Source: Azolla caroliniana
Lineage: Eukaryota > Plantae > Polypodiophyta
Reading direction: 5' to 3'
NCBI GenBank assembly: GCA_043228905.1
Contig: JBHGNT010000268.1
Location: forward strand, 1 to 42,860
Length of the DNA stretch: 42,860 nt
Shown here one piece after another: positions 1 to 11,140 of the stretch (the stretch's first letter is position 1; each line of letters opens with the position of its first letter). Position numbers and translations under genes: made by a program. The notes under the pieces were generated by a model. It did not search any database. It was given only the letters and a program-made list of their open reading frames with translations, and was not told where the DNA came from.

Positions 1-287
1 AAGGACTGAAATATTTACACTTAGGTTTGACAACTACAACTATACCTAGGTAGATAAACAAGCTATTCACGTTTAAATGATATTACACCCCTCAACACCA
101 ATTCGGTAAGAGTAGTTATGATTCATGAACAATGCTCAAGTACATGCACACAAGTTTACTACTAGCCCTTTTCACATTGTCGTGGTTTTCTAAGCCCGCT
201 ATATACAAACATGTAACAAAAACCACGAAATGGCTCCCTCTTGCCAAAGTACGCAAAAAGGGCACAATAATGAAGACAATCCCATGA

Positions 288-1730
288 TTAGACTCCGGTC
301 GGCCATGCCTCTGGAACTTCGTGAATATCGTACTGATCCGATAGAGGTAGGAGAGCTTGGGACGAGTCGAAGAAGACAAAGGCATCATAGCGACGAGCGA
401 GGCAAGTCGGAACATAGTTTCCCCATCGCTCCGTCAAAGGCTCATAAACCACTCCGATGGCTCGGTTACCCCGCCACTCTAACAGGACACTCGGAGATGT
501 ATTCTTACTATCCATGGCATCCACAACCACATTGTCATCATTATTGGTGTCCTTGGACCTTTTGCCCTTGGGAGGCCCAAAGAGGAGATAGAACTGTTGG
601 AGATGCCCTGCAGCCTTATGCAAGATGTCCTCGAACGAGTCCGGCTTGGCCTCGGGCACACGTAGCTTCTGCACGGGACCCGTCCACTTGTTAGACGCGA
701 CTACCGAACCCTTGTAGGTCCCAAACCCCACTAATGCAACCTCTTCTTCACCGTACCGGAGCCGGGCCAAGCCCCCAATATTCACGCTCCCTTGCTTCTC
801 CATGCTTGTGTAGCGATAATCCCCGATGTGCGTGTTATGGGCCCACACGATGGCGCGCCCTTTGTCCGGCGTGTGTCGGACCAACAGCTCCAAAGTCTCC
901 ATCATGTGCCGGTCCCTCACATTCCATGACTCCGAGCTGCTCCCGAACATGACCGTGCGGTAGTACTTCTCGGCATCCACAGCAACCTTTGCGTTTTGCT
1001 TTATGTCTCTCACGACCTCTTCCTCGTCCTCGGACTTGATCCTAAACCGCTTCTTCCTTACCTCTTGCAAGACCCGGATCACCTCGGCTTTACACCCCTC
1101 GGGGCACTCGGCCAAAAGGTTCATGTATTCTTGTTCGTCCCGATTGGACTGGTGGAAGCACGCATATTGCGCCTTCGCCTTCTCCGCGAGGTCCGGGTCA
1201 AGCTTCTCAAGCTCCGATATGACCACATCCATGGACTCGAAGAGCGAGTAAAGGTCAAGGCCGTAGAATCGCACCTTCCGTCCGCTTTCTTCATTGTAGG
1301 ACTTGAGCCAATTGATGAATGATTCGGTCTCTTTGTTTGCCCACATCCAAGTGGGCCATCTTCGGAAAGCCTTCTTCAAAACCTCCCCGGCAGGAGGTGA
1401 TGTTTCACACTTGTCTAGCTTCTCCGTCTTCTTGCTGGCCGCGGTGGCGGCGGACGAAGAGAAGGCGCCCAAGAGTTTCTTATTGACCGTCTGAGATGCC
1501 GGCCAATCGCCTTCGATCGCAACGAACTCGAATCCGTGCTCCGAGATGAGGCGTTGGGATATGAGACTCCGCCACTCGTAGAAATCATGGGTGCCATGGC
1601 TCGCCTCGCCCAGCATGACCACCCGAGCTTTGCTAATGAACTCTACGAGCCCCGAGAGGCTATTATTCTGGTCATGGAGTGGGACCGCCCACTTCGCCAC
1701 TTCCTTCAGGAGCCCTTCACCCACTGGCAT
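288..1730 (-). CDS. Erythromycin esterase family (EreA/EreB-like) hydrolase, bacterial-type
   Basis: Uninterrupted ORF of about 480 aa (first ATG at 1730; the track start at 1736 is TTG). Family motifs appear in order: VVMLGEASHGTHDFY, GFEFVAIEGDWP, FRRWPTWMWAN, FYGLDLYSL, SWNVRDRHMMETL, IVWAHNTHIGD, VGFGTYKGSV, RAIGVVY, YDAFVFFD, C-terminal PEAWPTGV. An upstream exon at 2088..2001 may supply an alternative N-terminus. Confidence 0.9.
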   Translation of the reverse strand: MPVGEGLLKEVAKWAVPLHDQNNSLSGLVEFISKARVVMLGEASHGTHDFYEWRSLISQRLISEHGFEFVAIEGDWPASQTVNKKLLGAFSSSAATAASKKTEKLDKCETSPPAGEVLKKAFRRWPTWMWANKETESFINWLKSYNEESGRKVRFYGLDLYSLFESMDVVISELEKLDPDLAEKAKAQYACFHQSNRDEQEYMNLLAECPEGCKAEVIRVLQEVRKKRFRIKSEDEEEVVRDIKQNAKVAVDAEKYYRTVMFGSSSESWNVRDRHMMETLELLVRHTPDKGRAIVWAHNTHIGDYRYTSMEKQGSVNIGGLARLRYGEEEVALVGFGTYKGSVVASNKWTGPVQKLRVPEAKPDSFEDILHKAAGHLQQFYLLFGPPKGKRSKDTNNDDNVVVDAMDSKNTSPSVLLEWRGNRAIGVVYEPLTERWGNYVPTCLARRYDAFVFFDSSQALLPLSDQYDIHEVPEAWPTGV

Positions 1731-1791
1731 GATCAATCAATGTATGTAGTTATAGGAGTCCTTTTTTTTAAAATTAAATGATGATGAGCAA

Positions 1792-1921
1792 TTAACTATG
1801 GCTAAAACCTGGCCGTTAACTAATTATGATGGTTATTATGTATGTAGTAGAAATCCCTCTCTTTTTTTACCTATGATTAATTTAACTATGGCTAAACCTG
1901 GCTGTTAACTAATTATGATGG
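1792..1921. repeat. Imperfect ~40-bp direct repeat, two copies
   Basis: ttaactatggctaaaacctggccgttaactaattatgatgg (1792-1832) and ttaactatggctaaacctggctgttaactaattatgatgg (1882-1921). Confidence 0.85.
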
Positions 1922-2000
1922 CTAAAAGGAAATGTATTAACAAAAATGTGTTTCCTAATAGATTTCCTTTTATTTATTCGTATGCTGATGTGGCACTTAC

Positions 2001-2088
2001 CATATTTAGCAAACCATTCTTCTTCTTCTTCTTCTTCTTCTTCTTCTTCTTCTTCTTGATGCTTCCAGATGAAAATCCCCAAATTCAT
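2001..2088 (-). CDS. Putative first exon of the esterase-like gene (MNLGIFIWKHQ-E13-WFAKY)
   Basis: The ATG at 2088 follows an in-frame TGA. The 88-nt exon ends in a consensus donor G|GTAAGT (2001|2000). Splicing to CAG| at 1724|1723 is phase-compatible with the esterase frame. Confidence 0.45.
2017..2057. repeat. (TTC/GAA)n microsatellite
   Basis: About 13 perfect TTC units. Confidence 0.95.
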
Positions 2089-2885
2089 TTCATTCTTTAC
2101 ATCTCAATACATTGAGGAAGATGGAAGCACAGAAATGAATGAATGATTGAAGGAAGTAGATTGTTCACCCCACTAGGGAGTTTGAATAGTATTTTTGGAT
2201 CCATTTTTACCACATTTGTCCTCAACCCCAATCGTGGGAAAGGATAGTGTGGATGGGTGAATATAATGTGTTGCTCCATGGGGACATGTGTGGGGAACAA
2301 AATTTTAAAAAAGGTTATGGCCTATATCACTACAACTATGAATCAAATACCTTGCATGGTTCCTCTAACATGTCAATGTGTGACTAATCTTTCAAGAAAA
2401 ATGTAACATAGATGTCGATTATCAATGATTTTCTTGAACTCTGGCTTGCTATATGTGTATTGCGGTGTCACGAAAACTTGATCCATGCATGAATATATAA
2501 GTTATAAACTGATTTTGGCATCATCAATTGATATGACACCAATAGTATCAATCGTGAATGTTGCAACAATAGATCATCAATTGAAGAATTGAAATATTTG
2601 CACTTGCATATAAGTTTGTATAAAAAAAGGCACTCCGAGAAAAAACAAAAGGTTTCTTATTTTAAAAGACATGTGTTCAAAATATTCATCTTTAAACTAG
2701 TGTATGACTATTTTCACCTTTAGTTCTTGTAGTTAAGTATTTATAGTTTGGCATGCTACTACATTACATTTTCGGTTATCGAGTTGAGACAAGCTATGAT
2801 CAAATGAAATTGCACTCAAGATATTGTTTTAACTAGATTCGAGCTTGTGCATAGGTCCTCAAATTGTACACCTGCAGATCACTAT

Positions 2886-3398
2886 TAACAATCAGCAACG
2901 GAACTGCGATACCACGACTGAACAACTTAACGGTTCGATTTGGTTTGGTTCAGTTCTAGTTTTTTTAACGGTTCGGGTTTGGTTCGGTTTGAATGGTTTG
3001 AATCCATGGTTTAGGGTTGCTAGTTCATTATTATTTTTAATATTTTTTTAAACAACCTTTTCAATAGGGGGGAGGAACAAAGGAGAGCCCACACACGAGC
3101 GCTTAGGAATTCGCTATACCCACCAAATTTTGGTTTTTTAAGTCTATTTCTCACATTTTAGAAAAAAATATTTAAAATTTTGAATTATTTAAAATTTAAA
3201 ATAATGAAAATTTAAAAAGTTTGAATTTTGACCTAATTTGATAACTGAAATTGAACCATGAAACCATAACTTTAATAGTTTGAACTTTTCCTAACGGTTC
3301 GGTTTAAACAGTTTTGGTTTTAATGGTTGTCGTTCAAGTTTCAAATTTTTAAATGGTCTGGTTATGACACTCTCGAACCAAACCGTTGCCAATTGTTA
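2886..3398. mobile_element. Non-autonomous hAT-type DNA transposon (MITE), 513 bp
   Basis: Left TIR taacaatcagcaacgg (2886-2901) matches the reverse complement of ccgttgccaattgtta (3383-3398) at 14/16. Perfect 8-bp TSD atcactat at 2878-2885 and 3399-3406. Repeated subterminal aacggttcg/ggtttggtt motifs. An 8-bp TSD is typical of hAT elements. Confidence 0.85.
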
Positions 3399-4701
3399 AT
3401 CACTATGCCAATATGTCTTGAATCAAATTGTTTGTAATGACTACTCTAAAAGACATGTGCCAATTCATCTACATCCAACTTGATTCCTAACTATCACACC
3501 CCTCATCAAAATTGTTGGAGATGTAACCGAAGATTGATGAAATAATGAAGACTTTCCACATTTTGATACTTAAGTACAAAGCATTAGAAAGCAGCTCCTA
3601 GAAATTGTCGCCAATGACAACAAAAGAGGAATAGTTGATACAAGTGCAAATGACCTTCAAAAATCACGAAAGAAATTTGGCCTAGCCCCCACGCCATCTT
3701 GGCTTCCATGATACTTTAAAAAGTGTACGGATGGAATAATTTCTATTACCAAAAGAGTTTCAATGAGATCAAGAGTTTGTGGATCACTTGTTCAACAAAA
3801 ACATTTAAGAATCTCTACGTTTTCAACTCTTACCATTCACTTTTTCTAATATGCCTACAAACATGACACACTTTTCTTCGCCAAACCCAATAAAGAATTA
3901 TTATATCACTAGTGCCCCAATCTACATGAAGAGATACCTAAATACGTCCCATCAGAAAGCAAAACAATCATGGTCAAGAATCTTTGTTCATGAGATGTAT
4001 TAGACTACGTAATAGGAGTTGGTAGATGGAATGCTAAAAATGATTCATTCAATTAGCTTTAGGACCAAGATTCATTAAAATGCACAAAAACATTGAACAA
4101 AACTTGGAAACCAACTTTACTTCTCATAGGTTTATTACATCATCAAGTTACTGTTGAATGCTATACAGCTCAATCAAGGAACATGAGGCATAAAATGTGA
4201 TCACAAATACAAATTACAAACTGGTAACTGGCAAGGGAGAAGGACTTCACATTCAAATCCCCCCCTTCCTACTTGTTTGTGGAGAGACTTGATGAGTTTT
4301 TTAATTGTGTATTCTGTTACTACCTCTTTTCACCACTCACAAATCCTCAAATGATTTGAACTGATTCATATGAACTGGACAACATAATAAAAAGTTTGCA
4401 TTGCATCCACATTGTAAGCGGTTATTCATTTCTAGATTACATGAAAATATGAGATGGTGAATTAACGGGGAAACAGGCATCTGCACATCAGAAGTGGATG
4501 TTTCATAAACATCAAAAAGATCTTGATTCGTTACAAAACTTCATGCAATGTAGGGAATATGCATAACATTCATTAACACAATAGCATGAAAATGCAGGAA
4601 ACAAAGCATTAATCTTGCCAAGAGATTTTATACGAATGCTATATACGTTACGTAGTTCAGCAGGATAGATATAAAAGTGAGAATATATCTACCTGACTTG
4701 G

Positions 4702-4859
4702 CTTCTCTACAGTGTATGGTACACCTTTAAAACAAGTCTTCTCTACAGTGTATGGTACACCTTTAAAACAAGTCTTCTCTACAGTGTATGGTACACCTTT
4801 TAAAACAAGTCTTCTCTACAGTGTATGGTTATATCAATAAAGCTATATCAATAAAGCTA
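4702..4859. repeat. 36-bp minisatellite (about 3.5 copies) followed by a 14-bp duplication
   Basis: Unit cttctctacagtgtatggtacacctttaaaacaagt from 4702 to about 4829; then atatcaataaagct twice. Confidence 0.9.
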
Positions 4860-5763
4860 TGTTATATCCACAGTTGATCACCTCTTAAAAGTAGGATTAG
4901 CCCACAAACAGTCAAGTTATACATGCAAATACATTGACAATCATGCCCGTTTACTGTTGCCAGAAAATTCCAGGTTATATCCGTAGACCAAAAATGATTA
5001 GTTTAACAGAATTCATGTTATATCAGCAAATACCCAGACTATCATAGCCATCACTCAAATCATATATTTCACACTATGTTCATTAGGAAATCCCTGTTCA
5101 ATTCATAACTAGACTAAAGAAAGTTCGCTAATCCAATTACATAAAAAAAAGCTCAACATAAATAGCTCAACACTATCCCAATCACATAAAAATAGCTGCA
5201 ACATAACCGTATATCCACCCCATGGCTGGAATGAAAAAGACATGGGTGGCCAAAAACATTTTGAAAGTAAAATTAGCCTAAAAAGCGTCACATTTCATCA
5301 TCATCGAATACAAAAATTGTTATCCATCAGATGCTTCTACCCTTGATAAAAAAAAAAGGCAGTATCCTACACCATAAGATACCTCTACAGCGCATGAATA
5401 GCATACAGAAAGTCATGTCACACCATGACATACATCAACAAATCATACCCATATTACATTATCAAACATCTCAACCATAGCATTGAAAGAGAGAGAGAAA
5501 CATAATATGCTATATCATCAAATATCTGATCACCTCAAAAAGAAACAAATGTTATATATCAACACATACATCTAGGCTCAGGACAAAAAAAAGTTTGACA
5601 TGTTACATGACCAAATACATCTCGAAAGCATGATTAGCTACAAAAACAAGTCAGAATTATATCGGCAAATGAACCGCCAATCATTCGCTATCCAGCGCAT
5701 TAAACAAGCCATGTTATATATTGGACATATACCCTCTTAGGGAGAAGAAAAACCCCAAACATA

Positions 5764-6327
5764 TTATACCACCACATACCTCTTCAAAGCGTGCTTTCCA
5801 CCGGCAGCTGCGGCCGCGGCAATGCCACCAAGTGCGCCGGCAAAGGCGGCGGCACGAGGCCCAGCCCCGACTCTAAACAAAGCTCCAGTCCCAAGCCCAG
5901 CCACCACACTATTGAGTATATCATCAGTTCCACGTTGGTGTGTAAGCCCACTCTCTAGTCCTGCATACAGTAGCCCCACAACCCCCATCTTGTTCCCATA
6001 TGAACGCCCCCTATGTCCAGACGCATTTAAGAGGCGGTTCACACGCAGCTTGAGGGTATCATCATGCTCAGCAGCTCGTAATCCGTCAAAGAACCCTAAT
6101 GTGCCTCCGGTGAGAGATCCTGCTAAGTATCCACACCCAGTATAGTATGTCAGATTTTCGCTCCAATTCCGATGCTTCACTGCAGCCTCCTCAGGGAAGA
6201 GGTATTGGGGTGAGGATGGGAGCTTGTAGAGGGAGTTGATCGATTTCTGGTCAAACGATGTGCCTTTATATTCTGCAAATGGGTTGTAATAGCGACCATC
6301 TTCACCGCTGCCAGTTGAAGATGCCAT
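5764..6327 (-). CDS. TIM23: Mitochondrial inner-membrane translocase subunit TIM23 (Tim17/22/23 family), 187 aa
   Basis: Plant TIM23 hallmarks: RYYNPF, LYKLPSSPQYLFPEE, WSENLTYYTG, KLRVNRLLNASGHRGRSYGN, GLLYAGLESG, RGTDDILNSVVAGLGTGALFR, Gly/Ala-rich TM segments. First ATG at 6327; intronless CDS. Confidence 0.95.
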   Translation of the reverse strand: MASSTGSGEDGRYYNPFAEYKGTSFDQKSINSLYKLPSSPQYLFPEEAAVKHRNWSENLTYYTGCGYLAGSLTGGTLGFFDGLRAAEHDDTLKLRVNRLLNASGHRGRSYGNKMGVVGLLYAGLESGLTHQRGTDDILNSVVAGLGTGALFRVGAGPRAAAFAGALGGIAAAAAAGGKHALKRYVVV

Positions 6328-6668
6328 GGATGTTGCGAATCGAAGGTGGAACAACAGAGGATAGTATTGACGAAATTCAGAACAAACAGAAAAAAAAAAA
6401 AAAAAAAAAAACAGAGAACGATTCTATTCGAGGTTTGGACTGAAGATCCCCGCCCCCACCTTACAGATTTCTTGTGAAAGAGGAGGATAAAATCTCAATA
6501 CAGAGATTTCCCGTGTCCTCTCTCACTCTCTGTGTCTGTGTATATGAGTCTCTGTGTCTTCCTTTCCCCTGTCTCTGTCAAAACCCTCCTCAAGCAAGGG
6601 TCAAGGGTTTTAGCATTTCTCTGAGGTATATGCCCAACAAATGCAAAACCCTTTTCACACTTGGGCGC

Positions 6669-6924
6669 CCAAACATCCTGACCACAGATCAAAAGCCTTT
6701 TGGCTTCCACCCGAAAGCCCTCTGCATCCATTCACCGGTCATATTTATTACATATATTATTATATACATATGGCCTTTGCCTCTGTTACCGACCTTTCAC
6801 AAGCCAAACATCCCGACCACAACACAAAATGCCTTTGGCTTCCATCCGAAAGCCTTCACTCACTTTCAATTATCAGATATACATACATATGGGCTTTGCC
6901 TCTGTTATCGACCTTTCACAAGCC
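6669..6924. repeat. Diverged tandem duplication (about 135 and 120 bp) upstream of TIM23
   Basis: Both copies contain ccaaacatccYgaccaca...tttggcttccaYccgaaagcc...catatggSctttgcctctgttaYcgacctttcacaagcc. Confidence 0.85.
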
Positions 6925-6972
6925 TCGCTCACATTCGATCATCTTGTGTGGTTCTGATTCCACCATTGAGAC

Positions 6973-6975
<3 letters not shown>

Positions 6976-7021
<46 letters not shown>
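6976..7021. repeat. (CT)n microsatellite
   Basis: Perfect CT run. Confidence 0.95.
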
Positions 7022-7024
<3 letters not shown>

Positions 7025-8730
7025 TGGATAAATACCCATTTTGTAAACCTACTATCTCATGGGCCAATTTTGGCCTTAGAAGACGTTAATATTTCTTTCT
7101 TTCTCTCTTTTATCGGCACATGTAAGGTGTGTATATGTGTAGGAACGACATCGGTATCTACCTCGAACATTTAGCGTGCTTGCTCCGCCCCCGGTTTGTG
7201 AATTCATTGTCCATCTACTTCTCCAACTCAACAAAAAGAGGAAATGGTGTGTGCATGCTTACCGATTTGTGGGGACAAACAAGTGCCACAAATAATAACA
7301 GTTTGTGCAAAGGGTCTGATAATTGATCTCAGTGGATCTTTGCATTTCAAACTATGTTGTACAGTGAAAGCCTTATCATATAAGAAAACAAAAACCACCA
7401 AATTAGAGGTACAACATAATTTTGCTAGCTTTAGATATAAAAAGCTATAAAAACATAGAAACGAGCTCTTATTATGAGCTACCAACATATGTTTTGACTA
7501 CACAAGCATTTTGTTGGGTTCAAGAAAGGGTTTTGAATAAACCCTAATTAGATCAGCTTCCTCTATGCCTCTATTGGTCCCTGGATATTTTGATTGGAAA
7601 TATAAAGCATATATTTGGATTTAGTCTTCCTAGTGGCATGTGTGACAAGATGAATGTGCTTTCTCTTATAAGTGAAAGGATATGTTGGGAACAATTTGCA
7701 CTTGAGACTCAAGCAACAATGCTCTCAAGAGCTTGAAAGATGGAGTTGGATCTTAGACCTTTGATCTTTTTTGAATCTTTGGGTCTCAACTATATTGACT
7801 ATAAGATAAATTTATTCTGATTGAACCCTAATTAAGAGCATCCATGACTAACACCATCCATCAATTAGGACTGATCAACACATGACTAACACCATCCATC
7901 AATATGACTCCTCACTAATCACATCTTACATATAAGAATGATAAAGTATTCATAACCCATTCAAAATCTTGGAATGATATTTGGAAATGATATCCCTTTG
8001 TTGGATGAATGAAGAATGGTTAAAACTTGCAAACACTTTTTTCAACACTGACTCATAAACATGACATGAAGACAACTTTTTTTCAATACCAATACATAAA
8101 CTCTTTAATTTTAATCTTCCACTTCATCCCAAATTAGTATACACTTATGCCAATCCTACATTACCACAAAGGTTCCCAAAATAATTCTAGATCGATGAGT
8201 CATGAAGAAGAATAGCCATGAAGATGGGATGAACAGAGAAGTTGTATTGAACAGAGAAGTTGTATTGGACATAGAACGAACAAGATTCTGGTAGGCACAA
8301 CCCCAGACAAGTGCTGAAAACCGAATTGTCGTAACTCCAATGAGATGGAAGCCTTGTAATCCCTGAGGACCTCTTACCCCCACCATCTGCAACTTACGTC
8401 CAGTTCCTCAGCACTTTCCCCTTTAATGTTTCCCATACTACTAAATCATATTTTCTACTGCCTAAAGTGGACCTTGAACCATTTGTAATTGGTGAACACA
8501 AAAAGTTCCCCTATCTACCAAGTGTAATGACCAATCATTCCTCTCTCACTAAGTCAAATTACTACTGCAGCACCATGAAGCAGTTCAGATCTAAATCTAG
8601 CCATTTCCCATATCAACATGTGTAGGATTTACATCCACCCAATGCAGAGGAAAGAAAGAAAGAAAAAATATTTTCCTTGTCATAACACCTGGATTCATAG
8701 GAACAAGAAATGCTGTGTTAATCAAGCCTA

Positions 8731-10178
8731 CTAAGTCTTTGACGTATCTATCCGGCTCTTGTGAAGTTGGAAGGCAGGAACAACCCAAGTTCCACAGCTG
8801 CATTGTGCACCAGCCCAGTCAAAACTACCAAGCCTCGCACTACATACAATACAAGAAAGCTTTCCCATAACATCACCTTCTTGGACTGCAAAAATAAGCT
8901 CGAGTATTACAACAAGGCTAAAGAAAACTAAAACTTCAATTACCACATTCAAAGAATGCCATATCCTACCTGGAATCATCCATTTCATGGGCTGAACAAA
9001 AATAGAAGTGCAGTCCAGCGGTGTCTTCTCATTCCAAAGCCTGTCTTTTCCTCTTCTTTTGAAAGACTTCCCACTCTCTTGGTTATGGATTTGCACATTC
9101 TCTTGACATGCTACTATTTGCCTACATTTTTTACATCGGTAAACCTCTTGATCTCTAGAATCTTGTGGCATTGAAGAAAATTTTGACACAGGGTCAGCTG
9201 GAAGTGACAGCTTTCCAAACTCTTGCACGTAACCAGACTCTTCACCTACATGAGAAGCAATTTAATTGCCTCACTAATTCACTACAATTTACTGTCTCCA
9301 TTCATGCATGCATGTATGCATACTCTATATACATGCATACGCATAATATATATATAATATCCAATAATCACATAGCACATACATATAAAACCATATGCCA
9401 AACCCCTGCAAAGGTTGCAAGATTTGGGATCTCAATCTCAAGATGATAGGCTGTGGGGAAACATTGCATTCTTTAAGTTCTTTACCCCCTCCATTCTACA
9501 ATATATTTTTCTTTTCTCTATCAAATAAACATTTTGGCAGTTGTTTTGCCTTGATCTTCTTTGCCATTTTCAAATATTCATTTTCTAGAAGCAACTTTTT
9601 TACAGCATCTTATTGTTCATGCTTTTGCTTCTTTTACATCAAGCAAGAACATTAGTTCCTAGAGTGTTTTCTGGTTTATATAAAAAAATAGGTTTATTTA
9701 AGAAACCTCCTAGTATGTATGTGTACTGATAAAGCATTCACTATGGTTGCTTCAAAACCACAACAAAAACTGTCTTCCGCATATATAAAGAGAATCATGG
9801 CAAGCTTAGCACACAATATGAAGGGAGAAGTGTTTTATGACAAAGGAGGGAAGTCAATTTCTTTTCAAATGTTTAATGAATTGTCTGTTTTAAATGAACT
9901 TAAAAGGTTAAAATAAATGCATGTGTGTGTATGTGCAAATGTATAGGTATACATGTATATAGACATGCAGTTGTGCGTGTATGTGTATGTGCAAAAAGCA
10001 GATCATAAAGCGATCGAATCAGATATATAACTGAAATAACCCTGTTTCCTACATTCCGTGATGTGAATCCAAAATTCCATGCATTTAAAGAAAGGGCAGA
10101 AGACAGAGATTGAGATGGAAATCTGAAGCAGAGAATAATAGACAGAGAGTTGCTACCTGCAGGTTGGATGGCAGCCAT
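8731..10178 (-). CDS. Stand-alone Zn-binding domain of a YVH1/DUSP12-type dual-specificity phosphatase (At4g18593-like, no catalytic domain), about 150 aa
   Basis: Exons 10178..10157 (MAAIQPA G), 9245..8970 and 8885..8731, joined by phase-compatible GT-AG introns. Motifs YRCKKCR, CTSIFVQPMKWM, GKLSCIVCSARLGSFDWAGAQCSCGTWVVPAFQLHKSRID. An in-frame TAG lies upstream of the ATG. No HCxxGxxR motif. Confidence 0.88.
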
Positions 10179-10271
10179 GGACAATACTTCCTAGCCGACC
10201 TCACCAATTCTTCAAACCTGTATCATGACACATAAAAATTGTGCCTGTGTCTGTGTGTATACAGTCTTAAC

Positions 10272-10330
10272 ATGTGTATGCATGCATGCATGCATGCATG
10301 TATGTATGTATGTATGTATGTATGTATGTA
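10272..10330. repeat. (CATG)n/(TATG)n compound microsatellite
   Basis: catgcatgcatg... running into tatgtatgtatg... Confidence 0.85.
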
Positions 10331-11140
10331 CACGTGTACAGAATGTATTATCAAGGGAGAGGTTTTTTTCTTCTAGTTTATTGAGTTGTGGGAGGATTTG
10401 AACTTGTAGTGATAAAGGGGTTTTCTAATGCTTAAGCTGTTTTGTGAGCATGAGGTTCACATGACAAATAGTTGTCATGAAGACCATATAGAGTATTTTG
10501 GAATAGTTGTGTTGTACGGTGGACAATGGGCAATGGGCAATAGGCATTGGAGTTGATTAGGCGAACTTCTACTTCCATTGACGAGTGTTTTTAATGCTTA
10601 GCTTGTTGTAATGACACCCATTAAGAGAGTCTCTCAATGTGGTTATTGTGTATAATGATCATTGGCATTGATTAGGCTAAATTGTGGAGACTAGGGATTT
10701 TATGAATGTGTTTCATTGTGAATAGTTGAATCGACAACCATTTGGAGAGGCTTTCGGAGTGGTTGTATTATAAATTGGTCATTACATTGATTCCACAAAA
10801 GCGATTCTAGTGTAAAAATATCATTAAAATGTGTTGCTTGATAATTCTTTACTGAAAATTAACAAGCCATTTATATTTGGTAGTGTTGAAGTTTTTGCTC
10901 TGATGCAACAAAAAATTAGGCAAAAGTGTATTAATGGAAGTATAGGCTGATGGAAGAAGAAATTAATCTCTACCACACAAACTAAAGAAATCCTCAACTT
11001 GCTTGAGGATTGTGACATTAAAGGTATCTACAAATTCTCTATGTAAATGTAACTTAAATCTCCTTGATATTGGCAACTTGTGTAATTGTGTTATTTTCTA
11101 ATCTTTTCTATGTTGATGCTTCAAGTTCAGCTCACCGTTA

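Noticed and set aside
116-1781. Short ORFs overlapping the esterase-like gene
   Set aside because: Shadow frames of GC-rich coding sequence with no recognisable motifs.
6474-7174. ORFs of 177-185 aa on the plus strand
   Set aside because: They run through a tandem duplication and a (CT)n tract, lack a convincing start, and show no domain similarity.
7490-8100. Possible LTR fragment with a 22-23 bp local duplication (catgactaacaccatccatcaat)
   Set aside because: No TG...CA boundaries, TSD, PBS or PPT could be fixed.
8731-10217. Active dual-specificity phosphatase, or a PPR-phosphatase fusion protein
   Set aside because: No HCxxGxxR catalytic motif, and in-frame stops lie upstream of the ATG at 10178.
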